64,000 bases of DNA, taken from Octopus sinensis. Lineage: Eukaryota. Both the position numbers and the translations under genes were made by a program. Positions within the stretch are counted from its first letter, which is position 1. Each line of letters opens with the position of its first letter. Under the pieces are notes generated by a model that saw only the letters and a program-made list of their open reading frames with translations, had not been told where the DNA came from and made no database searches. The stretch spans positions 26,350,001 to 26,414,000 of the forward strand of contig NC_043003.1 of the NCBI RefSeq assembly GCF_006345805.1, written 5' to 3'. This document shows positions 1 to 12,699 of the stretch, in pieces.

Positions 1-210
1 TACGGGGTTGGCATTTAGTATTGTAGAGTGGCAGGAAAGCAGATTCTGATATTGGGAGCTGACCTAGAACCATGTAAGATAGCAATGATGTGGATGAAGA
101 GATAGATGTAGTACAAGCAGGGACAGACAAAGGATCGAAGTTGGGAATGTGTGGTGAGGGAATGAAAGGATTGAGGACCACAGAGTAACCGGACTGTACC
201 TGTGTCTAAA

Positions 211-2082
211 GCAAAGGTTCTCAACCCATTTTGGCCAAACACCCATCTCTGACCCTTGGAGTCACAAATCGCCCCACCCCACCCCACCCCCATATTTTTA
301 CTTTTCAATATACTACTTATTTCAATATCAGCAGATAAGGATTAAAAAATAAAGGATGTTGTTTTACATATGCGCTTGTATGCAATTGGGAGTACAAATT
401 GAAATGACACAAAAAAAACAAAACAAAAAAAATGAAATAATAAATGGTCTTATGAATGAAAGTTTGGTAATTGCATCACATGACACTTATGAGATCAACG
501 TTTTGTTTATTGAATGATTGATCTTTGGTACAAGTAAATGCTGATTAAATCATATCCTGATAAAAATGCTGATAATGCCAATAAAAACCTTTCCGATTTC
601 CCTTACCAAAACGGCTAGAATTTGTGCAACAATCTGACATAAGTTATCACCTGTGAAGAGGATTTTTTCTGCTCAAGAAAGAGAGTGTATTTGATAGAAA
701 TTGTTGAAATACATATGTACTTCAGATGAGTAGAAAATTGTGGAGGATGGTATTCACTATACTTGGATCTAGCTAGTTTGAGTCACAAAATCAGCCCCCT
801 TTTAAAATGAAGTGAAAAATCTGAAAATTTGTCATTTTACGCATTCATTTCTTATCCATTTGAACCAAAGAATTTGAGAAAAAATTTGATAAGAAAGTTA
901 GACATTTAAAAACTGAAAAACTGTTTATTTTTAGCCAATAATAAACTTTCGTTGTAGCGAACAGTGTCAACTTTAAGGTTGTACCCTGTGTGACCTATTC
1001 ATTGTAGATTTCTAAATAGAGATAAATATCTTATAAAGTTATGTTTTTGTTTTTATTTGTTTTTTTTTTTGGTTATATTAATGTATTTGTTTGTATGTCT
1101 TTGGATAAATTTTTACAAGTGCACCTGCATTCGCAGCTATTTGCAATAACGGCGGGTCCTTTATCGCAAATAGCTGTTATGTAGTAGCAGAGCGTCTTAG
1201 AAATAGCAGTCAAATCTTTCCTTTTCTGGGTCCTGGGAAACATCGAGGTCCTCCACCACCTTCACCCTTTCTCCCCCCGCCCCCCAAGTGCCTAACGCCA
1301 GGTTTGGCAGTCAGATACATTGAATGCATGCAAAAATCTGGTTTTTCTTTTTTTCTTCCTTCCTGTCCTTACTGACAAACGTTCATTACATCCTTTCTTT
1401 TACTACACTTTTTTTTCAAGGGATAATACCATTTTCCTCGAAATAATATGCTGCATCCACCTGTTTTCAATATCTCCTTCAGACTGGTACAGTTAAATGA
1501 CTTGGATGCGGCCTTTCTAGACTTTTACCACCAAGCAAAAAGTAAACAAACACAGAAAAACTTCACAAAATATATGTAAAGTACTACGAAAATTCACGAA
1601 AAATGTCTAAAATACAGGTAATGTACATTTTATAAAGTTTTTGCAAAAATAAAATCGAAACGTACAGACAGACGAGAAGCGAGGCAAAATAGAATGTACA
1701 AGTTGTCATGTGTTGCTATAGTAACTAGCTGTTAATGCCTCGCTGTTTGTTGATTGGCTAAAATTACACAAATTTTCCAACTTTAATTCCAAATAACATC
1801 AGGTTCTTTAATTTACGAGATAAAGTAATTGGTTAAGTGTAATCAAAATTCCAAACTCCATCCATAGCCCAAATTTGAAAACAATCTGAGCAAAATTAAA
1901 GGGGGCTGATTTTGTAACCCAAACTAACTAGATCCTCTTTTCAAACTGACTGTCGCAGAGATGTAAAAATAAGGCTACTACTAGCGCCCTTCCCACAATA
2001 AAGTCTCTTAACACACTCCGAGCACCCCTTTGCTCCAAAACGCCCCTCTTGAGCTCTAAATGGCCCCCGTTGACAACCTTTA
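211..2082. mobile_element. Non-autonomous hAT (Buster/Charlie-like) element hosting nested insertions
   Basis: Left end caaaggttctcaac follows gtctaaag. Right end gttgacaaccttta matches the inverted left end. tctaaag recurs on the right once the 2086-2286 MITE is removed. Subterminal cgcccc motifs occur at both ends. The right TSD junction is imperfect by 2 nt. Confidence 0.5.
765..1935. mobile_element. TIR-bounded non-autonomous DNA transposon, superfamily unresolved
   Basis: About 38-bp inverted repeats at 765-802 (ggatctagctagtttgagtcacaaaatcagcccccttt) and 1898-1935, 3 mismatches. Inverted ttttagccaat lies about 165-175 bp inside each end. No ORF and no clean TSD. Confidence 0.75.
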
Positions 2083-2085
2083 GAC

Positions 2086-2286
2086 CAGTGCTTTTCAAAC
2101 TTTTTGCTGGAGCGGAACCCCAAGGAAACATTCCACTGGCTCGAGGAACCCCTGTGCAATAATTTAATAGTCTTATGCACACATATCTGCACAGGAGACT
2201 TAAAAATTACTGCCAATTTTAGCAGTTTTGTAACTTCTTGCAGAACCCCTGCACTGTACTGGCGGAACCCTGGTTGAAAACCACTG
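2086..2286. mobile_element. hAT (Buster-type) MITE, 201 bp
   Basis: TIRs cagtgcttttcaaac / gttgaaaaccactg. Perfect 8-bp TSD ctttagac (2078-2085 and 2287-2294) with central TA. Confidence 0.95.
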
Positions 2287-2660
2287 CTTTAGACTCTAAA
2301 GGGAAGAGAGGGGGATGGATGGATGGATAGCTAGAATAGGAAGAGAGAAAAAGAAGGGGAAAGGAAGAGAGAACTAGATAGACAGATGGAAAGAGAGAAA
2401 GAGACAAAGAGAGAAAACAAAAGAGAGTGAGAGAAGGAGACAGCAAAAGATAAAATGTACTAGAGAGAGAGAGAGAGAGAGAGACTGAGAATCTAACAAT
2501 CATTTGGTAGTTGACAGAAATATGGTCACATGACACTCTTGGAAAACTGCAATGTCAGGGAGTGGCAGTCTCAAGTAGGAAGTATTTTAGCAAATCTACA
2601 TCTGCATTTTACAGATATTTCTGTGAATGAAAGAGGTTAATATATATATATATATATATC

Positions 2661-2944
2661 ATGGTATTGATCAGATTATCGGATGTTGTTATACATTCCT
2701 GGTCACAATGCACTTTGCATCGTTTTAGCTTTTGAATGATGCCACCCTGCTGGCTAAGTGAGCAGGCCAGCATTCCCCCTTGACTGGAGGGCTATTCAGT
2801 CTCAGGGTTATTCATTTACAGCTGAGTGGACTAGAACAACATGAAATGAAGGGTTTTGCTCAAGAACACAACAGCCTCCCAGTCCAGGCATCGAGCCCAT
2901 AATCTAGTGCTCATAAGTGCAACACCCTAACCACTAGGCTATGC
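2661..2944 (-). mobile_element. tRNA-headed SINE, family D (body D3)
   Basis: Minus-strand head gcatagcctagtggttagggtgttgc with A-box-like motif, plus the shared ttgagcaa...cactcagctg box. Same body at 18935, 39072 and 41095. Confidence 0.8.
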
Positions 2945-3557
2945 ATTGTTTTCTTTTTTCCTTTTTTTTTTTTTTTTTGGAACATTGGTTCTCGAAGCAC
3001 GTCACATAAAGCTGTAAATAATGGCATGAAAATATTGGATAGAAAAAAACCAAAGGATGCTTCTCATCTTTCTTTTCAACCATCAGCCTTTGACTTCTAT
3101 CCAAAATGGCTTTTTCAAACTAATATTTACATGCTATTATTTATAGCTTTATGTGATGTGCTATGAGAGCCAATGTTCCAAAAGTTCTCTTGGAAGTTCA
3201 TAAAATTCTTATCATGCCAGCTATGTATATACACAAACATACAGAGAGAGAGGAGGAAGAGAGAAAAGAGAGAAAAATTGAAAGGAGGAAAGAAAGAAGA
3301 AATAGATAAATAGAAAGATATTAAGTGTTCACATGCCAGCATGGAAGGCAGATGTTAAACAATGATGATGATCATCATCGTCATAACTATCATCAACAAC
3401 AAAACCAAGCCAATGAGGGACTTTGTAAATCAGTGGTTCTCAACGATTTTTTTACCTATGGACCCCTACTGATTCCCGTTTTCCTTGGTTGGGCCCTCAT
3501 AACAATTCGGTGTTTAAAAAATCCTTTTATAGTTCTATGTATGCATATATGCATATG

Positions 3558-3752
3558 TGGCGGCGTGTGGCTTAGTGGTTAGGGTGTCGGCATCATGATC
3601 GTAAAATTGTGGTTTTGATTCCTGGACCAGGCGACACGATGTGTTCTTGAGCAAAACACTTCATTTCACATTGCTCCAGTCCAGCTGGGGAACACACATG
3701 CCATTGAAACCAGGAAACCGGGCCCATGAGCCTGGCTAGGCTTTAAAAGGGC
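3558..3752 (+). mobile_element. SINE D, partial
   Basis: Head ggcgtgtggcttagtggttagggtg...tgattcctggacc followed by the ttgagcaaaacacttcatttcacattgctccagtcca box. Confidence 0.8.
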
Positions 3753-3776
3753 AAGGAGGATATATGCATATACATG

Positions 3777-3882
3777 ATGGGTATCTTTCAGTTTCTATCT
3801 ACCAAATCCACTCAAGGCTTTGGTCAGCCCAAGGCTATAGTAGTTAACACTTGCCTAAGGCGTCACACTGTAACTGAACCAG
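3777..3882 (-). mobile_element. SINE A fragment
   Basis: ctttcagttt...ccaaatccactcaaggctttggtcagccc is antisense to the family-A body. Confidence 0.75.
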
Positions 3883-4161
3883 AAATCGATAGAAAACCCC
3901 GTAAGCCATAGTTTAGAGATTTGGTTGTTATTTCTATAATTGAATACTATTAAGAATTGCATAAAAAATTATCAAAATATTTTGTGACTTGTAGAAGTAT
4001 AAAGTTTATTGTATGTAAGTTTCAACAACAAAAATCTTGTGGACCCCAAAGGGTCACATGAACCTTGGCTTCGAACCACTATTCTAAATGGTTGACTCAC
4101 TTGAAATAACCAAATCTCCAAACTATGGCTTACTGGGTTTTAGGTTGTCTTTTTTTTTTTA

Positions 4162-4540
4162 AGGTGTAGGTATGATTATGTGATAAAAAGCCTGCTTCCC
4201 AACTACATGATTTCTGGTTCAGTTCCACTGTGTGACACCTTAAGCAAGTGTTAACTACTATAGCCCTGGGCTGACTAAAGCCTTGAGTGGATTTGGTAGA
4301 TAGAAACTGAAGGATTCCTATCGTGTATATGCATACATACATATGTGTATCCCCCCCACTACTTGACAACTAGTGTTGTTTTGTTTATATCCCTGTACCT
4401 TAATGGGCCAGCAAAAATAAGACCAATAGAAATATCAAGCTTAAGAATAAGTTCTGGGGTAGATTTGTTCAACTAAACTCCAGCATGGCTGCAGTCCATT
4501 GACTAAAACCAGCAAAAGAAAAGTAAAAGAAAACAAAGAT
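4162..4540 (+). mobile_element. SINE A, diverged full-length copy
   Basis: Head, ccttaagcaagtgtt box, internal TA/TG tract and 3' ctccagcatggctgcagtc...aaaagaaaagtaaaag tail. Confidence 0.8.
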
Positions 4541-4694
4541 ACATTTGATCATATATTCTAAAGTTACATTATATTTTTAAAAAATATGGTTGTAAACCTT
4601 GTAGTTTAGCTTGATCAAAGTCTTGGGAAATAGGCATTGCTATAATTGATTGTTCCTGTTTTCTAAATTGGTAATCTTGGGACCATGCTAGAAT

Positions 4695-4870
4695 AGAGCT
4701 GGCAGGATAAAAGAAAAAATGCTTTGTGGTATTTAATCCGACTTTCTGCATTCTGAGTTCATTTCCTGCTGAGGTCAACAAAATAAAAAGTATCAGTGAA
4801 GTACTGGGATCAATGGGATCTATTAACACTCTCCCTCCAAAATTTTTTACCCTATACCCATATCTAAAAT
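4695..4870 (+). mobile_element. SINE C, degraded
   Basis: gagctggcag head and ttctgagttca...gaggtcaac motif shared with the 12700 and 17100 copies. Confidence 0.6.
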
Positions 4871-4933
4871 CATTATCATACTAGGGTCAAACATGCCGAT
4901 CACCAACAGACACTATCAACAAAAACATTTTAA

Positions 4934-5153
4934 CCCTTTAGCATTCAAAACAGCTGTATCTTGCCCAAATATTCCACCTGTTTTATGTTCAATCTAATTT
5001 GATCATGCCTCTCACACCTACCCTACAATGTCATTCTAAAAATAAACAATCACATCATTGAAATCTCAAAGCCATAAGACAATGTATGATTAATTCAAAC
5101 CAATGTGAATGAATAAGAATTACATTTGACAGAGAAATCTGAACGTTAAAGGG
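4934..5153. mobile_element. piggyBac-like MITE, family pB1 (220 bp)
   Basis: TTAA on both sides. TIRs ccctttagcattca / tgaacgttaaaggg. Same-length homolog at 60636-60855. Confidence 0.9.
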
Positions 5154-5552
5154 TTAAGCAACCAAATGACCCTCATAATACAACCTAACAACTTAAAGGG
5201 GACACACATGGTGCCTTAAAAAAAGGGGGAATGGGCTTAATCAAATCTGGTCTGGGGTTAAACATGAGACCAGTATTAGTAACACATTGGAATTTGTTTC
5301 GAAATAGTGTGTCCCTCCCATGTAAAATATGTGACCATGACTACTACTAGTAATAAATCGGTCATGACAATAATATTTATGAGCAGACCAATAAAAATAT
5401 GGTTTTTAGGCTTTGGGTATTAAAACACACCAGAACTCAGTCAAGCACAAATGCACCCTTTGACACACTAATTTAATACACAGAACAAAAATGACTAAAA
5501 AAAAATAAAGACTATAGTAAAGAGTAAATAAAAAAAAATGATAATTGTATAT

Positions 5553-5922
5553 GAGTGGCTGAGTGGTAAGTGGCTTCCTTACCAAGCACATGGTTCCGGG
5601 TTCAGTCCCACTGAGTGACACCATGGGCAAGTGTCTTCTACTATGGCCACAGGCCAACCAAAGTCTTGTGAGTGGATTTAGTAGATGGAAACTGAAAGAA
5701 GCCCGTCATGCATATATGTATATGTTTGTGTGTCTGTGTTTGTCCCCACTCCATCGTTTGACAACCAATGTTGGTGTGTTTGCGTCTCCGTAAATTAATG
5801 GATCAGCGAAAGAGACCGATAGAATAAGTACTAGGCTTACAAAGAATAAGTCCTGGAGTCGATTTGTTCGATTAAAGGCAGTGCTCCAGCATGGCTGCAG
5901 CCAAATGACAAATATAAGAAAA
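5553..5922 (+). mobile_element. SINE A, full length
   Basis: gagtggctgagtggtaag head, gggttcagtccc B-box-like motif, conserved body and tail. Confidence 0.9.
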
Positions 5923-7129
5923 TGCTAATGGACTTCTAACACCACCCTCCCTTTTTTTTTTTTAATTTACTGGAAACAAAAAAAGTGGCATATCCTATTC
6001 ACATCCTATATAACAATATACACTGTGTACCATACAAACAAATATATTACATAAGTGTTTGGATTATTAAAACATTTGTATCTACAGATAAAAGTACTCA
6101 CTATACATATGTAGTGCATGCACATACTATACAAAGTAAATATTGATGTATAGACAGACCTAATAGATAAATATGACACCAGTGATTCCTGACCCCTTTA
6201 ACTCAATGGATGCAAACATTGTCTAAAATTTTGAATTACTCTTGCATAGAGAACTCAATATCAATAGTTGCATAACATTCAAATCATGCAGGGGAGGAGG
6301 GTAAATTATCTTTTTTTTTTATTAGGGGTTTACTATTGCAATTGTCCAATCTCAGAGATTGATGTCTGCTTGATTGCACGATGATAGTTTAGCAGGATTT
6401 GAAAAGAGTGATTATACAACCATTATCAGTATTCTGCCAGCATTGAGTGGCGAAGGATGGAGAGCTGAGAGAGAGGTGGATGGTGTGAGAGATGGTCGAA
6501 GAAAGGTTGGTAGTGTAGTGTGAGTTAACCAGCAACAGGCACACACTAACACAGTTGCAAACAAAGCAAATGGCCAGTGAATGGCATGTTTATATATTGC
6601 ATTAATTTACAGTTGACCGTCAGGTCAAGTTAAGGCCCCAGTTAGTAGACATTCAAATTTCTATTGCAGCTCATTTTTATTGTTCATTTACATACTTCTG
6701 TTTCATTTTAAATAAATTTATATGTATTTTTAAAGAACAACAATGTTGAAAAATTTTGCTTTAAGCTGCTATTTACTGATGAAAGTTATAAATATTTTCC
6801 ATCTTTTTCAACCAGCTAATAACATCAGCTAGTCATAAAACAGAGGGAAAATAACAGACGAGAGGTGAATACTTAATGGAAGCTTGCCTTGTAGATACTT
6901 CTTTGTTTTATACTCAAACCAGGCACTATATCACATCAGTTATAAAACTATAAAGTCCTTCAAGGAGTTAAACCTCAAAGGCCATCATGAAATGTCAAAG
7001 ATCAACTTCTACAGCAGGGGAACAGGCATAAAACAAAACGAGTTGAAAATCCATTTCAATTTACCCAAATGTAGGAGAGGGACCTGCTCTATTTTTGATC
7101 CTTGTCTCATACGAACCTCTGTTATAGCA

Positions 7130-7392
7130 TAAAGCCACCTCCCTCTACAACTGCCCTACTCACTTGAAGTGGGTCTTAATCTTGCAGGCTACATAGCAAC
7201 CTCACTAGTGCTAGTGCCAAGAAAAATGTACCTAGTAGATGCTGTAAAGTGATTGGCATTAGGAAAGACATCCTGATGTAGAAACCATGCCACAGCAGAT
7301 AGTAGAGTATGATGCTGTCTTTGGGCTCCTCGGATCTTTGTTAAACCATCCAACCCAAGCCAGCATGAAATATCAACATTAAATGATGATTT
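7130..7392 (+). mobile_element. RTE-tailed repeat, older variant
   Basis: Ends ttggcattaggaaagacatcc...cccaagccagcatgaaa...cattaaatgatgat, the RTE-type 3' end also seen at 61015. Confidence 0.65.
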
Positions 7393-7865
7393 CTTTCCAA
7401 CAAGGTTTTATGAATAATGAAAGCCCATCCCCACCAAATCATGCATGATCATGTGCATGTGTATGTATATACGTTCGCATATATATATATATATATATTT
7501 ATATGCTTGTGTATATATATATGTGCATGCATATATATGTATGTGCATATATACATGCATGTGTGTATATATGTATGCATGTGCGTAAGCAGGAAAGCAT
7601 TTACAAATGACAAATTTGATCAAGACGTGATATAGGCTGTTAAAGAAATTTACTTCCAGTAAATTGTCCTGTTTTCAACATGTAAGCTTATCTCCTTCAA
7701 CAGTTTTTAAGTGTTTAGAAGATTTGTATAGAGATCTTTTGTTTTCCCCAACTGAAAAGGCAGAAAGTTTTGTATATTTCTATTTGGCTCAAGCTGAAAT
7801 TTTTGACAATTTATGACACTTCAGACACATTATCAGAGACAGTGACAACCACATTGTAAAATATG

Positions 7866-8225
7866 AAAAACTGGTACAGGTATGTGGTTGAGAAATTTAC
7901 TTCCTGACCATGTGGCTTTGGGTTCAGCCCCACTATGTGGATCCTAGGGCAAGTGCCTTTTACTATAGCCCTGAACCAACTAAAGGCTTGTGAGAGGATT
8001 TAGTAGATTCACAAAGAAGCAGAATGTGAATGTGTGTGTGCGTGAGAGAGAGATAGAGAACATAGATGTGTACGTGTTTGTATGGCCTTGTCATGACACA
8101 ATGTGATAGTTGTAAATAAGTGTCATCATCATACAAACAATGTTGTTTGTTTCTAATCTGCTGTGACAGGTGAGAGTTGGTAACAGGATGGACATCTTGT
8201 AGAAAATCTGCCCTCCAGGAGTCCT
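7866..8225 (+). mobile_element. SINE A2 (family-A head with RTE-type tail)
   Basis: A head and box, then a different 3' body ending ttggtaacaggatggacatc..gtagaaaatctgcc. Homolog at 26718-27110. Confidence 0.65.
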
Positions 8226-8463
8226 GTCCTTTAAGTCACTTTGTAACTTCTGCTGATTAAAGATAATGAAATATTCACATATATTGTATCCTATTTATTG
8301 TCTTTCTTCTTCCAAGCCTGTTCTACGCTCCTTAATTGAAGAACTCTATTTACAAACTCAGATACTATGAAACAATATGTAACAACAACCTATTCTACAT
8401 CCCATGATTTTATATACACACACACAAATAGATAGATAGATAGATAGATATGTGTGTGTGTGT

Positions 8464-8780
8464 GTGAAGGGATGTGACTCAGTGATTAGGGTATTCAGCT
8501 CAAGATTGTAAGGTTATGAGTTTGATTCCTGGTGGCAGTGTATCCTTGAGCAAGATGCTTTATTTCATGTTGCTCCAGTTCACTCAGCTGGCAAAAATGA
8601 GCAGTACCTTTATCTCAAAGGGCCAGCCTGTCACATTGTGTCATGCGGAATCTCCCTGAGAACAATGTTAAGGGTACACATGTTTCAAAGCTCAGTCACT
8701 TGCACATTAATTTCACGAGCAGGCTGTTCCGTTAATCAGATCAACTGGAATCCTTATCGTAACCGACAGAGTGACAGTTT
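8464..8780 (+). mobile_element. SINE D (body D2)
   Basis: Head gtgactcagtgattagggt and shared D box. Body aaagggccagcctgtcac...aaccgacagagtg is also at 36520-36812. Confidence 0.85.
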
Positions 8781-8830
8781 GATATATATATATATATAAT
8801 ATATATATATATATTATATATATATATATA

Positions 8831-9045
8831 CTCTTTTACTTGTTGTAGTCATTTGACAGTGGCCATGCTGGAGCACTGCTTTAAGTCGAGCAAATCGACC
8901 CCAGAACTTTTTCTTTGTAAGCCTAGTACTTATTCTATTGGTTTTTTTTGCCAAACCGCTACGTTACGGGGATGTAAACACACCAGCATCAGTTGCAAGC
9001 AACGTTGGAGGGACAAACACAGACACACAAACGTATACACACACA

Positions 9046-9081
<36 letters not shown>

Positions 9082-9254
9082 TATATATATATACATACAT
9101 ATATACGACAGGCTTCTTTCAGTTTCTGCCTGCAAAATCCACTCACAAGGCTTTGGTCGCCCTGAGGCTATAGAAGACACTTGCCCAAAGTGCCTCGCAG
9201 TGGGACTGAACCCAGAACCTTGTGGTTGGTAAGCAAGCTACTTACCACACAGCC
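8831..9254 (-). mobile_element. SINE A, full length
   Basis: Complete antisense copy with a (TA)n expansion at the internal site. Confidence 0.9.
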
Positions 9255-9479
9255 AAACTTTTATTTTTTAATTAGCAGAAAATTAATGAAGTGACTCAAA
9301 GGAAGAGAGTTATGTGTATGCCAGCTTAAAGTTTTAAAAAAGAATATATATACATAAACACAAACATATGCACACATCCAGACATACATATAGTCATGTT
9401 TAGAGTTCTCTCTCATCTCTTCTTCTATCAAACACACACAGTTTGATTAATATATGCATGTAAAACATTACAGAGAAGT

Positions 9480-9990
9480 ATATGAAGCATCTAAAACACG
9501 ATAGGAAGCCAGAAAGGTTTTCATAAATATCAATTATCTTGCACATGACACTCCACATGCTGCTGCATACTGCCTTAATTTAGTGGGTGTATATGTGCTG
9601 TGGAAAGCTGCATTGGAGCAGTTTCGTTCTCTAGTCTTATGTAAAAACTTAACAATTGCTTAACTGGTTCAGCTGAATATTGGTCAGTAATGCTTCACTG
9701 CTTTAAAGCTGAAAAAGTGGAAGTAAATCTAGAATGGTAGTTTAAAAGAGAGAATCAGATATTGATGGTTTTTACAAAGGCTGAAACTGCCACAAAGGCC
9801 TTGTTGAAAAGGCTACAGGTGTTTTCGAGAAGCTCTGAAACTAATTTCAGATGATATAAATCAGAAAGCTGACATATGTTATGAAGCAAGCGCCATACTC
9901 AAACAGCTATAAAAGACAGAAATAATTCTGTTGTCAGATTTCTTGGCTGTCATATTTAGACAGGTTCATTCAAGTCAGCAAATCGTTTTT
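9480..9990 (+). pseudogene. hAT (Tip100/ZMYM1-like) transposase remnant, central region
   Basis: Frameshifted translations PHAAAYCLNLVG (cf. PCAAHSLNLVG) and KGYRCFREALKLISDDINQKADICYEASAILKQL*KTEIILLSDF. Confidence 0.65.
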
Positions 9991-10181
9991 GAAATGAAAT
10001 ACCAGAGTTTTTAATCAGTTATTAAAATTTCATAAAATTTGTATGGAATTTTAAAATGATTTTTTTTTTTTATATATCTCAACATGTTCAGTGTTGAAAA
10101 TCAAAGAAAAAGATGAAGTAGAAAATACAGAACATTTTAACATAAATTGATAAATAAAATTATTAGAAAAAAAAAAAAAAG

Positions 10182-10674
10182 GCATAAGCATGACTGTGTG
10201 ATTAAGAAGCTTGCCTTGGAACCATATGGTTTTAGGTTCAATCCCACTGCATGGCACCTTGGAGAAGTGTCTTCTGTTATAACCCTGGGCCAACTAATAC
10301 CTTGTGAGTCAATCTGATAGATAGAAACTGAAAGAAGCTTCTTGTGTGTGTGTGTGTGTATTTATTTTAGAAGGTTGTTTGTTATGGCCAGTCAGAGAGT
10401 GACCACTGATTTTGCACCTGTAAAGTGCTCAGCTGTACAGGCAACTCGTCAGACTCAAATGACCAGAGGCACATAACCTCTCCACAATTAGAGGGAGGAA
10501 AATGTCAGTTGCAGAGAGGTTATGTGCCTCTGGCCATTTGAGTCTAACAATTTACCTATAGAACGAAGCACTTTATAGGTGCAAAAGCAATGGTCACTAT
10601 CACCTAAATATACTACTGCTGTAATGTTTTAGAGTGTGCTTCTCTTTTGGATATATGAACTACTGACCAATGTA

Positions 10675-10751
<77 letters not shown>

Positions 10752-11100
10752 CATAAAAGTCTGATACTCTACCGAATAAGGTATGTGGGCAGATATGCCA
10801 CAACAGACAGTTTGAGTCCGGACAGCCCCTACTGGCATCATGGAAAGTAGACGTTAAACGATGATGATGTTATATGATGTTTGTGTTTGTTTATTTCCCA
10901 ACCACACTTGACAACTGGTGTTGGCGAGTCTGCATCCCCCATAACTTAGCAGTTCAGCAAACAAAACATTAGGATAAGTATAAAACTTCAAAAAAGAAAA
11001 AAAAATTTAAGTACTGGTGTTGATTTGATTGATTAAATATGTCAAAGTGGTACTCCAGCATGGCCACAGCTCAATGACTGAAATGGATAAAAGGTGAAAG
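10182..11100 (+). mobile_element. SINE A split by later insertions (head 10182-10345, 3' half about 10890-11100)
   Basis: The halves are collinear with intact copies. A fold-back element and an RTE tail lie between them. Confidence 0.7.
10395..10601. mobile_element. Fold-back (palindromic) MITE-like element
   Basis: Arms of about 88 bp (10395-10482 and 10514-10601), e.g. agactcaaatgaccagaggcacataacctctc vs gagaggttatgtgcctctggccatttgagtct. Spacer 31 nt. Confidence 0.85.
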
Positions 11101-11318
11101 AGCTTTGTACAATAAAATGAATCGATGATGGCAATGTTGAAGATCCTGCTTTACGAGGCAGGCAGAAGTTTAATATGGCAACATCTAAACATCTACCTGC
11201 CATTGATATACTATACTTAGTTCTTGTGTATCCTTTTGAAGCATAGAAAAGAGGTTTGTACATTTTTTTTTACTGCTCACATTTTCAACAACAAAATTAA
11301 TGACTAATGACATTTTAA

Positions 11319-11939
11319 CCCTTTTGTTACCCATATTTCTGTTCAAATACACCCTCTTTGTTTAAATTAATTTTGAAAATAAAGAATTTAATATCTTGGG
11401 TCATTAGGCATAGTATTAGCTGTGTGGTAAGTAGCTTGCTTCCGAACCACATGGTTCTGGGTTCAGTCCCATTGCATGGCACCTTGGGCAAGTGTCTTTT
11501 ACAATAGTCTCGGGCGAACTAAAGCCTTGTGTGTGGATTTGGCGGACGGAAACTGGAAGAAGCCTGTCGTATGTGTATATATATATATGTGTGTGTGTGT
11601 GTGAGTGTGTATGTTTGTGTATCTGTGTTTGTCCCCCCAACATTGCTTGACAACCGATGCTGGTGTGTTTACGTCCTGTAATCTAGCGGTTCGGCAAAAG
11701 TGACAATAGAATAAGTACTAGGCTTACAAAGAATAAGTCCTGGGGTCAATGTGCTTGACTAAAGGCGGTGCTCCAGCATGGCCACAGTCGAATGACAAAC
11801 AAGTAAAAGAGTAAAAAGAGAGAGTAATTACTAAGCTGGTAATTGGGGCATAAATCAACATGTAAGCTTAACGGGAAATTTTCATTTAGATCACCTTAAT
11901 ATGAGAAGTTTGTGTCATAGAAGATTGGCATCAAAAGAA
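11319..11939. mobile_element. piggyBac-like MITE, family pB2, interrupted by SINE A
   Basis: ttaa-cccttttgttaccc at left and catcaaaagaa-ttaa at right. Homologous halves at 12008-13203 and 63814. Confidence 0.75.
11415..11828 (+). mobile_element. SINE A, full length
   Basis: Canonical head, body and (taaaagag)n tail. Confidence 0.9.
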
Positions 11940-12235
11940 TTAATAGTAGCAAGCCAAGCTTTTGAAGATCTTAGGCTTGAATTTGTGCCAGAAATTCTTT
12001 ACTTTAACCCTTTTGTTACCCATATTTTTGTTGGCATACGCATGCTTTGCTTCAATTAATTTTGAAAATAATAAAGAATTTAGTCAAAAGCTGTGGTTGA
12101 AAAGTTCAATTCATAAACACATGGTTTCAGGTTCAGTCTCAATGTGGAACACTTTGGATAAGTGTGTTCTATAAGCATGAGACAACCAATACCCTGTGAG
12201 AGAATCTGGCCAACAGAAACCATGTGGAAGTTCTT

Positions 12236-12560
12236 CAGCACCTTAGGCAAGTGTTTTCTACTATAGCCTCGGGCCGACCAAAACCTTGTCAGTGGATTTG
12301 GTAGATGGAACCTGAAAGAAGCCCGTTGTATATATATATATATGTGTTTGTGTGTATATGTTTGTGTTTGTCCCCCCAACATCACTTGACAATCGATGGT
12401 GGCGTGTTTACATCTCCGTAACTTAGCGGTTCAGCAAAGAAGACTGATTGAATAAGTACTCGGCTGCCAAAGAGCAAGTCCTGGGGACGATTTGCTCGAC
12501 TAAAGGCAGTGCTCCAGCATGGCTGCAGTCAAATGACTGAAACAAGAGAAAAGAGAAGAG
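12236..12560 (+). mobile_element. SINE A, head truncated
   Basis: Body and tail match family A. Confidence 0.85.
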
Positions 12561-12699
12561 AAGAGATAGAGGGAGAGAGACTGTGTGTGTGTGTGTGTGT
12601 GCGTGTGCGCGCGTGTGTGTGAATGTTTGTTCACCCACCACTGCTTGACAACAAGTGTTACTTTATTTTCCAATACGCTTTGCTGGTTGGCAAAAGAGA

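Larger units (their letters stand above)
3431..4081. mobile_element. hAT MITE interrupted by two SINEs
   Basis: Left TIR cagtggttctcaac, right end ttcgaaccacta. TSD ttgtaaat / ttctaaat (7 of 8, central TA). Confidence 0.75.

Noticed and set aside
6884-7132. 82-aa ORF in unique sequence
   Set aside because: No recognisable domain and no convincing donor.
7704-7879. Plus-strand exon candidate FKCLEDLYRD...
   Set aside because: There is an in-frame TGA at 7814, and the donor is supplied by a SINE head.
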